Shown: positions 10,301 to 24,397 of the stretch, piece after piece
Layout: every line of letters begins with the position of its first letter
Numbering within the stretch: the first letter of the stretch is position 1
From: Pecten maximus
Lineage: Eukaryota
DNA: 64,000 bases
Direction of reading: 5' to 3'
Assembly: GCF_902652985.1 (NCBI RefSeq)
Contig: NC_047018.1
Span: 33,976,001 to 34,040,000, forward strand
Position numbers and translations under genes: made by a program
Notes under the pieces: generated by a model
The model's database searches: none
Seen by the model: the letters and a program-made list of their open reading frames with translations, nothing else
What the model was told of the DNA's origin: nothing

Positions 10301-13300
10301 CCCCATCAGAAATCAATCCATGTTAATCATCCCTTTAATAGTTCCCATTCGTGTTTCACGTCGACGTATACATTATTGTACCTAGCTCTCTAGGTCCCCT
10401 CCCCCACCTCTGTGTATCCTTATTTCCATGTCTTACCACATCCTCTCATCCTTATCCCTCCATTCTCTGCCTGTTATTTCATAATGTCGCATCCGGTCAA
10501 CTCCTCGACCCCTTTCTTCCAGCCATGCTCCCCCATCACCTCTCCCAATCACCTCATCCTTCATGATCCTTTAACTATGCGGTTTGGAATCTCCTTCTCT
10601 CCCTCTCTCTCCACTCATTCCTTGCATATCCTCTGTCATATCCCGTTTCTTCGTATATGTTACCTTCCCAACTGCGCAGAAATGAGGTTTTGTTCATATC
10701 TGGGTCACTGAACAAGACTCCTAAACATCAGCACTCTATCAAACAAATATGGTAATTACTCTATGGAAAAGAATCTAAAAGAATGCAGATTTTCCCCTGG
10801 AAGCTCACGCTTCGATGGCTCGATCAATAGCACCACAATATTAACATTAGAATTCCTGGAACTCCCATCGAAGACAGCTAAAAATCAGTCCGCATTCCAA
10901 ACAGAATTATTGCTTTTCCTTATACGTGAAGTTTTCTTCGATGACGACAATGTGACAGATAGGCAAAATTTACTTTTCTTTAGTATAACTTATAAGTCAG
11001 TGATATATTGAGTATTGCATGCCAGAATAAAGGATGTCTTGACCTTTCTATACTGGTGAAACAAGAAGTATTGTTAGAAAACTGTCCCTATAGCTCAAAA
11101 GCAAAAGCAAAACATTAATTCAATTCAATGTGTTTATCTTATCTAATGTAATGTTGATATGTGATTCGAACAAGTATCCAGTTATTTGAATAATGTCAAT
11201 GCTAATAAATGAGCTAATAGATGTTAATTGAACCAAAGATAATTAATTGTGAAATGTTCCACTGTCTGATAATGTGATACTACAAGTTGTTTTGGCATCA
11301 CACAATATGTTTTAATTTAATTTACTTTTGAATGGTCCAAACAGAAATAATCTCAGAGCTAGAACCGACTATTTGCAAATAATAACTAATCAAATGAATG
11401 AATTATTTCGGTAGAAGGAACATGGGTTAGATGTATATAGTTTTCATTAAATTTGATAACGATATTGTGGCGTCATCAGGTCTCGCATTAATATATAAGC
11501 AGGGGCCATAATATGTTTAAATGAATTATTTGTGGAGTTAAACACTAATATTGTTTTCCTCTTTCATTGAAGAATGTGGAAAACATACTAAATATTAATT
11601 ATGTTATAAAATAACTCAATATTTGCTTTTATATCGACTGGACAGAACAATTGTTTGTTACAACTTGAGGATAATCTGATTTAATTTAATATTGACAATA
11701 TTTCAATGTTTAGAAAATGAAAACATACAAAGCTTTTATGAACAATAAATTACAATAACAAATTTTACATTTTTGTCGAAAGATAAGAAGTTTAGAGGAA
11801 GATATGATCGTGATGAGCACGATTTTAAAGCTATATTTACTCAGAAATTTGTCATTAAACTAGGAGTTTAGATATTACGTATTGACTGGACCTGATTAAT
11901 CGTAAGGATTTTTCACAGCAGACCATTATATCACTTACAGGAATTGACCGCCGTAGTCCTTGGCTTACTTGGAACCCGAGCAAGGACGTAAAGACTCATC
12001 AATCAACATTTAACTTCTTGACCTTTGTTCTAAAGGCGCCAGTCTGATAATAAATGTGTTACACGCTGAAAGGTACGGAATTTCTTACTAGGACAAATAT
12101 GTGGAAATATTCCCCCGGGATCATGACTTTCACCAAATGCATACAACTGTATTAATGTATTGATTCCGTGACATATAGTGACCCAATCCAGATTTTGACT
12201 AGTTTCTCTACCTAATTTGAGTTTCTTCCGTCAATGTTTTGGATCCTTAGCATCATTGGTAAGTCCTCGATTGACGAAACAGCTGTAAGGTGCATTTTGT
12301 AATTTGGCTCTTCCTATAAAGGTACAGATAACTAGGGTCATTTGTACAATCCAGGTGTAGGATTCAGGGGATGTTGAACTTATTTTTTATGAACAATGTT
12401 TTTTTCTGGATTTCAAGACCGAGAAGCAACGGTTTGCTGATATTGACATATAAGCATACAGCTTTTTTCTGAACCTTTAAACATATTCGAGTTTGGCAAC
12501 ATATTTTGTATCTCCTAAACTTTCCTTCGATGCACTCTCCTAGCGCTGATTCAGCAAGATCAGGGTGTTTATAGCTTTTAAAAGTGCATTGAATTAATAA
12601 ATAGATTAAACGCAAAAATTATAGCCATTAGAGTGTTTTATCATTATTAGGTTAAACAACTTGATGCATTGGAGGAAGCGTTTTTGTTTTGTTTTTTTAA
12701 TTGTGACCCGGATTATCTTTAGGACTCACTTAACTAAATAGTTTACTACTGACTTCATCTCCTCATTCGGTCCTTTGAAGTTCAAATGTTGTAAAAGTGT
12801 TATTCCATGTGTTAATTACTCCAGAAAGTATCACATAACTCAATCTTTGGGTAGGGTTGTGGGGTAAAAGCCGTATCTTTTTTGTATTGTACAGGTTCAA
12901 TCATCGAAATTTCGTGTTTAAATGTTACATGCATCAAACAGGCGGTCTCGTAATTAGATTAGGAACTCGTGCTGTATCCACACTTGACTACACGAACATC
13001 AAAAATACCCAGTAGACTGTAAAGTAGACGACGATTTCCGAGTAGAGTATCATGGTAGATGAAATCTGATATTGTCTTTATCTTGCAAATTATTAAAAAA
13101 GCAAACTTTCTCTCCTTAGTAATAAAATTTACATTTCACTAATAGATTTCTTTCGTTAACACCTACTGATAGTGGGGCTGCGAATTTTGTTCAATTTCAA
13201 TTCCAAGTATGTCAAGGAGGCATCATTCGAAATATGTTATTGTCCGCTTTAGTGTTAAATATACGACATCAATAACATCAACAGGCGTTCACCTCACAAA

Positions 13301-14572
13301 ATCAAACGGAACAAATTGTCACTCGAGATATCTTTGTTTAGTTGTTAATGCATTATCCATTCGATCAATGCACTGTCCTTTTCCGGTGTACAATTACCCC
13401 ATGACGATTGGAGACGTTGTATCTGTTCCCGGGAACAATATCATAATTAAAATCGTGAATGACCCTTTGTCCCCATATTGACAATGGATGAATATACATA
13501 CTTAGTATTGATGTAAGACAGCCGCCGCGACTATGATAAATGACTTGGATCTCTAGCAATACAGACACTGGATAAACATTGATGTTCTTGGCCCTATAGC
13601 AATATGTGTCAAACTATGCTTAACACTCCCCTTGTATTGATGTGGTCTATCTTCGGGTCTGGTGTGAGGATTAAAGTTTATTTATTCTTTTTTTTTTGTA
13701 AATGTGAATTCTGCAGAATAATTGAAAGCACTCGTGATGTTACATGAAATAGTCATAAAATGTAGAATTAGATTTAAAGAACATCGGGCAATTCATAAAA
13801 AGTCTTTAAAAATAGTTCATTTCATCCACTTGTTTATCTTTAATAAGGGGGGGGGGGGATGAAGTCAAGCATTCGTTACATATTTTAGTGGCCTTTCAAA
13901 AACAATTGCAGAGGATACCGAGATTAAACGAAATCGCAATTCTATATCAAAATCGACAAAACGTGGGAAATTATCTATAGATCTGCTTGGAGACCATTAG
14001 AAACGTACAATAATAATAAGACCAGGTGTTCCAGTGACTAAACGTCTTCTGTCTCACTGACGATATCCGTTATATAATTATAGGAAAACCTTGTGTTAAT
14101 TAAGGCATATTTTCAAGATGAGAATTGAAATGGTGATAACATGACCTGATTCATAAATAAAAACATACATACAGGTATTGTAAACAAGGAAGAAACACAA
14201 TTTACATAAAGTCTGAAGCTAACCAGCTTTTCGTATCCATGAATTCATCTCCAGCATGTTATAGTCGACAAGTCTCATGTCTGATTGGAGTCGTACTCTA
14301 AAATAAAAATGATATCACTCTGTTTTCATCACTTGGAAGAGAAATCATCCATATATTGATTGGAACAAACTCATTCCAGCGGTATGGACCATTATATGTC
14401 ACCATATAAAAGCATATAAATTACCTTCCATTAATATAACTAGTCATTTTATTCATAAGAGGATTTTAATAAGAGAATTACGAAAAAAAACACATTGATA
14501 ACTAGTTTCAAATATACTGTACTTGGACATCGTTATGACATCTTAAACTTATTTTGCATGATCACTTTTCTA

Positions 14573-14883
14573 AACTCGGAATACGGCCGAAATTAGAACC
14601 GGACATCCTCGTTCTAGCGATTACTGGACACTCTAGTACAGCATAGGATATTTAGCGCGTGCAATGTCCCGAATGAATGGACACCAGAGTTCCTCCTACT
14701 AATTTCCCGAATATTAAGGTCAATGTTCTAATAAAACATTGGTAACCGTACAAAAACGGTGCCTAATGTCGTAAGCTATGACGTCAACGACAATGTTATT
14801 TTTCGAGATATCGGAAGATACACATTCTCAAAATCATCCGAATGGACACAAGATGACCTTTAATTTCGGTCGGAGTCCTAATT
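14573..14883. mobile_element. ~310-bp MITE with 23-bp imperfect terminal inverted repeats
   Basis: AACTCGGAATACGGCCGAAATTA (14573) versus the reverse complement of TAATTTCGGTCGGAGTCCTAATT (ends 14883), 18/23 identical; no coding capacity. Confidence 0.6.
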
Positions 14884-15229
14884 GTACAGGGATAGGAAGT
14901 GCGCTTTTTGACAGTTCTGATTTGCTGCTGTTTTTAGATGTCTCAGTCCATTGTACAGTTCATCAAAGGGATCATTAAACCGTATATATGGAGCTAAATA
15001 TCACGTATCTTCTACTGATGTCTGAAGTCAATATCCGGACGGATACCGGAACCACCCATTAGAACACAGTTTATTCAAATCACATCGCTTTATCATTACC
15101 ACACAAAGTTTGTTGGCGTGAGGTTGTTGTTATTTATCCGTTTTCATAGAATTCATATCACAATAATAATTATTTAAATAACAAATTAAAAGGAGCCTTA
15201 GATGCAAAATGCATGATTCTTTAATGTTG

Positions 15230-15410
15230 TTGAATATGATCGATTCCAGATTATGAGTTGTGGGAGAGGTAGGGCCTGCAGCTTTGACATTTGAGACAAA
15301 ACATTGGTTTTCAGAAAGAGTGATGCGGTACAAAAAAGCGAACTGTGAATGAGTTATGTATGGTAAGGGTGTAGGTTGGAAGGAACAACTGATATCTTAA
15401 TGGACAATTC
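15230..15410 (-). mobile_element. Decayed 3' end of a non-LTR retrotransposon ORF (L2/CR1/RTEX-like)
   Basis: Minus-strand translations PLRYQLFLPT and THSQFAFLYRITLSENQ..SNVKA loosely resemble the C-terminal 'YKYSFFPRTIxxWNxLP' motif; frameshifted. Confidence 0.3.
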
Positions 15411-16531
15411 ATCAAGTTTTCTTGACAATTAAAATTGATAACCAGGAAATCTACCCTATAATTTTATATTTTACGGTTTCGAGTTGTCGAAGGAAGTTTT
15501 TCTCGTATCCGAAGTGCACCCACCACAAACACAAAATGCCGCTGATGTTAGATAGAAATCCACTTGTTGATAACAACATTAAATCATCCCACAAATAATC
15601 TATGTTTTTAAGTTTAAACATACTAACGGTATTTTAATAGCCTACATGTTCAACCTCTGCCTACTGGTAGACACCATTAATCGCCTACCTATACTTCCTA
15701 GTCGTTGTCTACAAAAACCAATTCACCCACCTATAACACGTTCATATACCCATAAAGATCTACATTTGTTTAAATGCTATTATAAACCAAACGTGTTATT
15801 TTGAGTCTACCATATAGGATCTACCATTTTCATTAAACAAATAATACTTTTTAATTTATATATCTATATTTGTGTAATAGAAAATGCATGAAACTGTCTG
15901 TCATACTGGTAGGAAATATTTGTCTCTACGACAAAACAATCGATGGAAGATTCGCCTGTGCACTTAGTAAGAATGGTCCAAGATCTCAACTACGTGCCGT
16001 GGATAGAGACAAAATATTAGTTGTGCACAAAGCCGCCTCTCTGTCAAATGTCTATCCTATGTTTTGTCTGAAAATGTTTACAGTTTCATGATAAGCACTG
16101 ATCCAGTGAAACCAAGACGGATTTCTATAAACTGAAAATTCTTGTTTCTAAATTCATATTGTGCTATGTATATGTATAGGGAGGACATTCTGATTTTGGT
16201 GTTCCAGTGTCGCTTATTGACAGCCCCACGTAGGCTACACATATTTGTGAATATTGTACAGAGAACTTGTGTAGTGATAGATTTTATGGTTTATACATCC
16301 AATCATTTTATGTTGGAATGCTCTTTACTGTATTATTTGTCCGGTATTTCAGTCAAAAGAATGACTCTATTGTAGGAAATGAATTATGTCACCATTTTGG
16401 TGGCCATTTTTCATTCCACCTGTAATCTGAGTTATACTTGTTTAGCGGAGAGCATAATAGCAGCTAAGTAATTTGTTTAATTTATGTCCTTAACGGCAAA
16501 GTACGCTTTAGATATTTCTTTTTATTTCTCT

Positions 16532-16760
16532 GGCATCAGCTGCTGTGTCAGATTATAACGATCATGAAGTTTATATATGGTTTGTAAATCATTCTTCGGG
16601 CTGTCTCATTGCTGGCGATGAGTCTTACTATGGAAGGAAACCGGAGTACCCAGGGAAAACCCACGTGGTCGGGTACCCTATATCTTTTCACGTCCGATCG
16701 GGGATTCGAACCCCGGTCGCCTAGATAAAAAGCAAGTGTGTTGTCACTATATATTACGCC
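16532..16760 (-). mobile_element. tRNA-derived SINE with V-domain core
   Basis: Minus strand shows a B-box GGTTCGAATCCC and the V-core GTGGGTTTTCCCTGGGTACTCCGGTTTCCTTCC. Confidence 0.8.
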
Positions 16761-16932
16761 CACACAGAGTAGATTCCATCTACAACATGTTTTAATGTTT
16801 ATTTACTATCAATTTTCTTGTGTTTTTTAACCATGAGCATGACTCTTGTTTATGTTATGAATTATAATATCATTATTTTTTTATATTTTTTTTTTATGTA
16901 GAACATATTTTAGTTATTTCTTTTTATTTATC

Positions 16933-17010
16933 AGGCATCAGCTGTTGTAACGAACATGGTGTAGTCTATACATGTTTTGAAAATTATCTTCGGGCTGTCG
17001 TATTGCTGGC
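16933..17010 (-). mobile_element. Truncated second copy of the 3' part of the 16532-16760 SINE
   Basis: GGCATCAGCTG..AACGA.CATG..TCTTCGGGCTGTC..ATTGCTGGC matches 16532-16616. Confidence 0.65.
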
Positions 17011-18344
17011 TAATCATTGGCTGTTGATGAGCTCATCGGTGTTATGTAAGGGCTCGCCACTGATTAGTCAGTAAAGGTTTAGGGCCCGCACCCCTTTCCT
17101 CATTCAGCAGTCATCTTTGATATGGTATGTTTTAAATTATTTTTATGTGTAAAAATGATACCTTTATCATCAGCTCTATAAAGAATAATGTCCCAGTAAA
17201 ACCAAATCATTTTCAATCAGATGATATAATTTCTAAATCTACAGTGGTTGCATTTGGTCATGCATTTCTTTCTTCGTTTTTTTACGCTTTTGTTTTCATT
17301 TTCGAAAAAAAAATGCAATTTTAAATATATGTCTTACCATGATATTATTTTAACCTCGAGGAATGAGTATATTTATATCTACTGAGCACGATAGCGAACT
17401 TGTATTTTTGTTAAAGCTCGTGTCGTGATTTCTCTCGTTATCAACTATGAGCTACAGTTTAAACAAATACATTGTATTACTGGTCACAGCTTTGTGTAGA
17501 CTTCCAGAACAACACTTTCCAGTAATTAAAGTTTATATCATTTTGTCAATCAAAAGAAGCGAACCGTGTTTTTGTTTGATTTGTACATGTATCTTTGGCG
17601 ATAGTATCAAAGTAATTGTATACGAACTCTTGTCATTCAACCGGCGATAACCATTCAGTGCATCATGCCGACACTCTGTGGTGACCAAGTTCACTTAGTT
17701 CATATGTTTCATTCGTTTGTTTAGTGACACGGTCAGGAATATGAACATGAGCTTGAGGTTCTTTTGAAATCCATTATTGAAAAATTTGGAACTTATTTAA
17801 ATACGGACCTACTGCCCCTCCCCATCCAGATTTTTTTTACACTTCTTTCAACCTATGACGAGCTTACTCCATTACTCACTACCTGATAGTTTGAACACTT
17901 GAGGTCTATAGCATCACTGAGTCTAGAAGGACGAAACAGCGATATGAAGCAGTTTATAACCCGTGTTGGCTTTATTTGTATTTAAATGTCAATTTATATC
18001 GAAAGGTGCTGATTTCTTGTCAGTCTTTTGTACAACCCTTTGATGCCAAGACAGTTTGCCACAGTGAAGATATTCTTGAGCTATTGGAACGCGAACTCTT
18101 TTGCGTTCAGACGCTACATCCGGAGAGGACATTTCTACTTCCGGCCATATCATCCTTTCCACTAATGATTTCTTTAGAGTAATATCGAGGGTCAGTCTGA
18201 TGTCACGTTCCAGGCACATAAACCATTCGATCGTTATTAATGGATAAAAACCTTACCTATTTGGTGGACCTTGTGGTTGAAAGTCCTACATTTTTAAAGA
18301 TTCCCATGCTAAAACATATGCATTATATGGTTTCTAGCTCTCTG

Positions 18345-18520
18345 CTGCCGTTCGACGTGTTTGTGTCATTGGGCAAGCCACTTTATCCTAAAACCTCTAG
18401 ATGACATGCGACGGGGCTACCGAACGTTGTTCAGTGAGGTAGTCATCAACTTCTACGAGGAGGCATCCCTCAAATCGACAATGGCTGTTCAGGGGGGCGA
18501 TAAACTGAGCAGAAGCAAAC
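18345..18520 (+). mobile_element. CORE-type SINE fragment
   Basis: GTGTCATTGGGCAAGCCACTTTATCCTAA (CORE motif) and a 3' tail GGCTGTTCAGGGGGGCGATAAAC similar to the GCTGTT.ATAGGACGTTAAAC tail of the other SINEs here. Confidence 0.6.
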
Positions 18521-19809
18521 TACACAGAGAGCATTTAACAATGATCTCCAGATGTTGTAAACAGTCTGAAAATCTATATATCAGATTCTGGGAGAAGTGT
18601 GCTAAATTTCAGAAAATAAATACCTAACGTGTTTGCGTTAATTTGACAACCTAGATAAAAGCTTGACAAATTTATGAATGGACGAAGTTTAAGAATATAT
18701 CTTAAATGTTTTACAGTTAATATTAACTCGAGAACACGGGCGGCGTTTAGTTATAGATCTAGAACGTTCTCTTTCTGGCATATTGCATTGTTATCATTTT
18801 ATCAATATGTCAGCATTTATATTTGAATTTCTGGCAATATTTGCATTGGCCTTACGCATATTACTCCTAAAGTAAATATTATATTTGTTTCTGTCACAGA
18901 TTTGTTCATTTCGGTTTCTTTTAAACACACTAATCCTGACAACGGCTGCTGGACGCGGCGAAAACTATAACGCTCCAACAACAAATGTCTTATTTATCAT
19001 TTTCTTTCTGATATTTCTTCAATAACAGACAACGTAAGTGTAATGTTTACTTTAAAACCCCACGCATTAAACATCCGGTTTGGCACGCGCTGATAGTATT
19101 CTTTGCATACTACGCTGGAAATGAGTATGACATACAATTGTTTATCAATTTAAGATAACAAAAGACAATGTGAAAATTGAATTAAATGCTTAGTATTCAT
19201 AATAATTTCAAACCGACACTGGAAGGGAGCGTCGAACCACGTGCACAAGTGTTTATCGCGGCCTGTTCAATTATCATTTCATGGACAATCGAGTTATATA
19301 TTAATAATACCTCTCCATAATTTTACAACACGTAGTTGTTAAGTATTTCATAACTTTTCTTACGCCATTTTTTCCAGAATGTTCCAGTTCTTTACGATTT
19401 TTATCTCTGGTTTTTAACCCTATACGTTGCTCTTTCCTTGATGCAATAATAAAGACGCTTGTGGACTAACAGTAATTGATACTTTTTTCAACTTAATTTG
19501 TATCTGCGTTTAAATAACTGTGTCATTAATTAATACAAATTCCAACAACAATTTATTTTAAAAACATAACAAAATCAAATATTCTGCAGACTCCGACCAG
19601 GGTCAGGCTATGAAAACATCATCAGTTGGTGTCACTGTTCAATTTGCACGCAATGACGTCATTGTCGTAGCCCCTCTCTCAAATATTTGCGAGCAACCGA
19701 ATGATCTTGGTCGCCCTGCCATCCCCCTCATCCTTTTGACAATAAATAGATATGTCTAACACCATTTTATCCCTGTCTACCTTTCGTTTTCCAATGGCAA
19801 AAAATGCGA

Positions 19810-20130
19810 GAATTTCCCCTTATCTTATATTCGCTTCAAAGCTACCTAATGATTTTATGACTCAATTCATGAAAAAAAACAGACATCTGGCGTAATATCA
19901 TAAGAAAGTATCTATAAGAAATATTGTAGCTATTAAACGTCATGAAATTCCATGTACGAGGTTTATCGTGAGTAGTTGAACAGTTTAATATTCCCAGGTA
20001 TTTGAAATGTACATCCCCATCGCGTGTTGTAGTTAAGCGCTGTGTTGGATACATGTCGGCAGTGATGGTAAAGGAGATCAATGGTTATCATGGCAAGCTG
20101 TTGGCCTACAGATCGGTATTTAATGATTTA
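19810..20130 (-). mobile_element. Highly decayed reverse-transcriptase fragment (CR1-Zenon/Penelope-like)
   Basis: Minus translation DMYPTQRL..FKYLGIL..DKPRTWNF..HKIIR* is weakly collinear with IYP.EL..SYLDL..LYDKRDDFNF..SQLIRY; many stops. Confidence 0.2.
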
Positions 20131-20739
20131 ATACATCTTCTCGTGTATCTAATCGCTGTGATTTGTAAATCATTGTATAGAAATAAACGTCCGCTACAAT
20201 ACCAGAACTAATCTTCCCAGCTTATGTTCAATTGAATGAATTTATACATACATGTGCTGGATTTAACCTCTCTTTACTGAAACTCGGTTGTGATACATTT
20301 GTATTTCCTATTGTAAAAACCCTACAACTTGGTCAGTTCTTAACTATCGTTATTTTAGATATCATTTCGCACATTATATAGATGTCGATATTCATTTTTT
20401 TAATACATGCCAGAAATTTCATCAAACTAACTTGTTGTATTCACACAATGCATGGCTTTCCAAATTCTTATACAAACCCTGTCTCGTCATATCCATACAC
20501 ATATTGCCTTATCGCATTCATACAAAACCTCGACTTTCCACATTTACAAACAAAAAATATCTTTTAAAAAAGAAAACCGGTGAAGTTGATATTATTGTAT
20601 ATTTTGAAAATATAGATCTCTTTTGGGATAATAAATTATAAGCCAGACCGTATCGTTTAGTGTACAAAGAAGTTTCTAATATACACGAGTTATGTCTGCC
20701 AATATAAATACAACCATATTATAAACGTACAACAATTGG

Positions 20740-21090
20740 TCAGATCCCACATAAGATGCCTGTTGTACATTGTATCTCACTGTCTATCGTAAGAGGCGAG
20801 TCATTGTGGGGGCCCCTGCTCCCTTGTCTTGTGTTCACGTGACATTGGACATTCCACGATTAAGGCCTGGTGTATCTCACTACATGAGGAATCGGGGATT
20901 TTCGTCCGTGTTTTCTATTTAAGGGGGCCAAAAAAGTCCAAAATAGATCTTCTGTCCTCATTGTGACACTTGGGGTCTTAATCCATTCCTTTATTTCTTC
21001 ATTACTCTGTTTGTCTTTGTTTTCTTACTCTGTGTATCCCTATGAAACCTGTTGTTCTGAGGACGTTAAACCCCTACAACAAAACAAACA
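20740..21090 (+). mobile_element. SINE with Deu/Nin-type core
   Basis: TCGTAAGAGGCGA core motif at ~20787 and tail GAGGACGTTAAACCCCTACAACAAAACAAAC at ~21059-21089. Confidence 0.6.
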
Positions 21091-21734
21091 CTTGGTCACT
21101 GTATTTTGAAAAAGAGAGTCTTACGTAGCTTTTTCAGCCCGTGCCCAGTTGATTAGTCTAATCACAGTTACATTGTAAAATACAATTTAAAAATTCTGAT
21201 AAAATCACTTTTGGTAAAATTAATTCGACAAAATTATATGAAACTAGAACACTCATCACTCCCTTCTTATATACAGATTTTGATATATATACATAAAAAC
21301 TAGTCGGCCGATTTTCGGGGGTTGTTGTAACTCTTTGATGAAAAGTACAGTACTGTGACGAGGCAAGGAGTTCCGAATGACATACAAACTCAATTGGAAC
21401 CCCTCTTCATATTCTTCGAAACTAGGGTCTGCAGACGGAGCCGAGGAGTTCCGATTGATACAAACTTTGACTAACACATTCATACATGTACACACATTGC
21501 GTTACCAATATTTTAAACCATACTCTTCTACAATGAACCTCTATGAATAACTTATATCTATCATGTATGTTGGTTTGTTTTTTGCGAAATGTCTGTTAGC
21601 CAACAGTCACATATATATATCCGCTGAGGTTTTCGTTTTCCATGTGGTATTTTGTTAACTAAGTTAACAGGTGGATAAAGAAATTATCCGTCGTTGATAC
21701 CCTCGATATTTCAGTAACTGTAAGAATTGGAAAT

Positions 21735-21850
21735 TGTTTACCTGAGTTTGTTTATCTGTGTTTGCTACCTGTGATTGTTACATGTGTTTGTTTACCTGTG
21801 TCTGTTTATATGTGATTGTTACCTGTGTTTGTTTACCTATGAATGTTACC
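21735..21850. repeat. Degenerate short tandem repeat (TGTTTACCTGTG-like)
   Basis: Repeated TGTT(T)ACCTG/ACATG units. Confidence 0.7.
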
Positions 21851-23383
21851 GGTGCGCTTAGTGAGTCGAGAGTTCAATTCAGACGTGAGATATTTCAAAT
21901 TGAGTTATTGTTTTACATTGTAAATATTTTGACCTCGATGTGATATGTTTCCATCCTCGCTGTATTTACAAAAGTGTGTGAAATTGTCTGAGACAACCTG
22001 GGGAAGATAAAACCATAGCGTACGGAAAATAATGTACAGCTGGTAATATTGGCGGGGATTAGATTTCGCTGTAAGGGCTTCATTATACATATCCATATTG
22101 CGAAGATAAATACCCAGCGTTTATGATATGATGCATGTGTAATGCATAAAACCTTTATAATTCGGTGTTGCTTGAAATCCAATACCTACGAACTAGCTCT
22201 GACTTGAAAATCGCGAAACGTTAGCCCCGTGAAACTTGACAAAAGTATAAAACCTTTAAATTTGACAGAATTTACAATGAACGTTAGATTGACTTTATCA
22301 CCTTGGTAATGAAAACCGCTTTCATAAATGATATTAAACTCCAAATATTATTTTCACTGATTATGTTGCCGAGAGAAATCTATGTTTTTTAAATAAACAT
22401 TAGTTAATCTTATGAGAGAATTACGTGTGAAATGTTATGTAGGTATTGACAATAACCACAGTATCCGTCTGTCTTATTGTTCCCTAGTATTGATAATTCA
22501 ATTCGCGTGCCATGTTGCCGAATATACATTTAGTTGACAGTTTATAAATTGACCGAGTTTGCACTTTGACAATCGTTACAGCGAAGTAACAGCTTGTTTT
22601 GGAGATGTTTTTATCGATATATAATATTTTGGTACACAAAATTGACGAAAGTCACGTATTTTCTTTTTTTTTTTTTTTTTTATTTATTTCATTTTTTTCC
22701 TTCTGATATTTCAATATCTTCTTCACTGTCTCAATACCAACTTAACTGTTAACTCAATATGAAAACGACAAACGCAAAATTAGATTTAACCCTTAAATGC
22801 ACTATCAGTAACCTTCAGGGCCCATAACTTTAACTATAAATACCCACAGTATTCACAATATCAGAAAAAATAACAGAAGACTAACGTTATTGTTATATGA
22901 ATGTAAACCTAATTCAGCCCGTTGTCGTTACCGTTTGTCTTCGACAAACAACATTAGTACATTCTATCTTGAAGTTCAATTTCCAGAGTACGTTATTATT
23001 GGCGGCATCTAACCCCTTGGCGGCAAATCCTAACTTTCTCGAAAGGCCAAGTTTCCAGACCTTGTGATTCTACGTTCCAACAAGGTAAAGCGTGTGGGTA
23101 TTTTCATTCTTTTTCACTTTTCACGAGAGGAAATGGAGTTAATAAATTGATTCAATTTCAGGATGCACTCTCTGTAGCACCACTGACGTACCAATTATCG
23201 TACATCCTCTAAATGTCACCCATATGTGTACATACATGGATACAGTTAGTAATTTGTAAGCGTCGAATACAAGTAATGTTATTTCCCAATAGCTCTTTTC
23301 CTTTTTTCAGTAGCAGAAGCAAAATTAACGGTCACTGACATTTCAAACTCGGAGTCTTGTTCGAAATAAAGTTTTCATTTTAT

Positions 23384-23913
23384 TTAAAGATGCGTCATCA
23401 TCGACAAAGAGTGATTATGATCTACTGAAAACAGCATTAGACTGTGGTATGTTTTACAATACCAACAGTTACAGTTTTAACTTCTGTTTTATCTTCTGAA
23501 TTTAAAGTGAAAAGGAAATTTATTAAACGCGTCTCGAAGAAGTTCTAACGTGCTCCGTGTCTATATTTACATTGTAATATATATAACTACGGGTCTTACA
23601 GCCCGATCATCATTGTTATCATTTAATAGGTATCAAATACATTTCTATAATGTTGGTTCCGTTTTATGCATTTCTATGAGTAACATATTGTATTGTATAT
23701 AGTTTTGCTTTTAAGTTATACTATTTGACTAATAAATGGCTATACAGTTTTGTCACCCGCCAATCTATTATATAAGGAGACAGATTTAAATAAGTATTTT
23801 CATACTTTTTTCTTAATCCTTTTATTATTATGTATCATATATATGACATGTAAATATTGAATAAAATATTGTTTAAACTAACATATTTTATGATGTCGGC
23901 GAAGTAGCATATC
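23384..23913. mobile_element. Kolobok-type MITE, ~530 bp, decayed
   Basis: Left end TTAA-AGATGCGTCATCATCGACA; right end TGTCGGCGAAGTAGCAT (imperfect inverted repeats); related to the terminus at 7236. Confidence 0.55.
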
Positions 23914-24397
23914 AGATTCAGCGTAAAATACAACAACACAATGGTACAAATGGAACCGTTTTAAAATACCGGATAAAAGAGATCTTCTTTGTTTATAAGA
24001 TATCTTAAAGTTTATGGGATATATTATATATTTCATAAGATACATGTTTCTTATATGATAGATAAAATGTCTCATAAACTTTTCTTTATAGAAATCTTAC
24101 TTATATAAGATCTACATGTATTATAAAATATGTAATTATATAAGATATCTTATATATTATGTGAGATATATTTCATATAGTTTCCCTTACAAATTATCGT
24201 ATATACGTCTATGAGATACCTTATATAAAGTAAAACTCCACTTTCCCGACCGCGTCCTTATAATTATTATATCCGTTTGAGTTAATCTCGGATACAGGAG
24301 ACAGGACAACAGCTAATTATATAATTAACAGTGATTTGAGTACACACCTACATACATGTACATATATGTCTCATATATTATAGAGATATATCATTTA

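Noticed and set aside
13365-13480. DIVPGNRYNVS resembling a fibronectin type III strand
   Set aside because: Isolated motif with no convincing splice sites and no rest of the domain.
16690-16760. tRNA gene (also considered at 29250-29318 and 34850-34915)
   Set aside because: A/B boxes are attached to SINE cores and tails and no full cloverleaf is evident; these are SINE heads.
18401-18627. BEN-domain-like peptide (FYEEASLK..KLHREHLTMI..EKCAKFQK)
   Set aside because: The first half lies within a CORE-SINE (core motif and tail recognisable), so the resemblance is probably coincidental.
21330-21550. 17-bp match (AAGGAGTTCCGAATGAC) to the GPCR exon and a weakly SEA-like peptide
   Set aside because: Similarity does not extend beyond the 17 bp; in-frame stop immediately upstream and no good acceptor.
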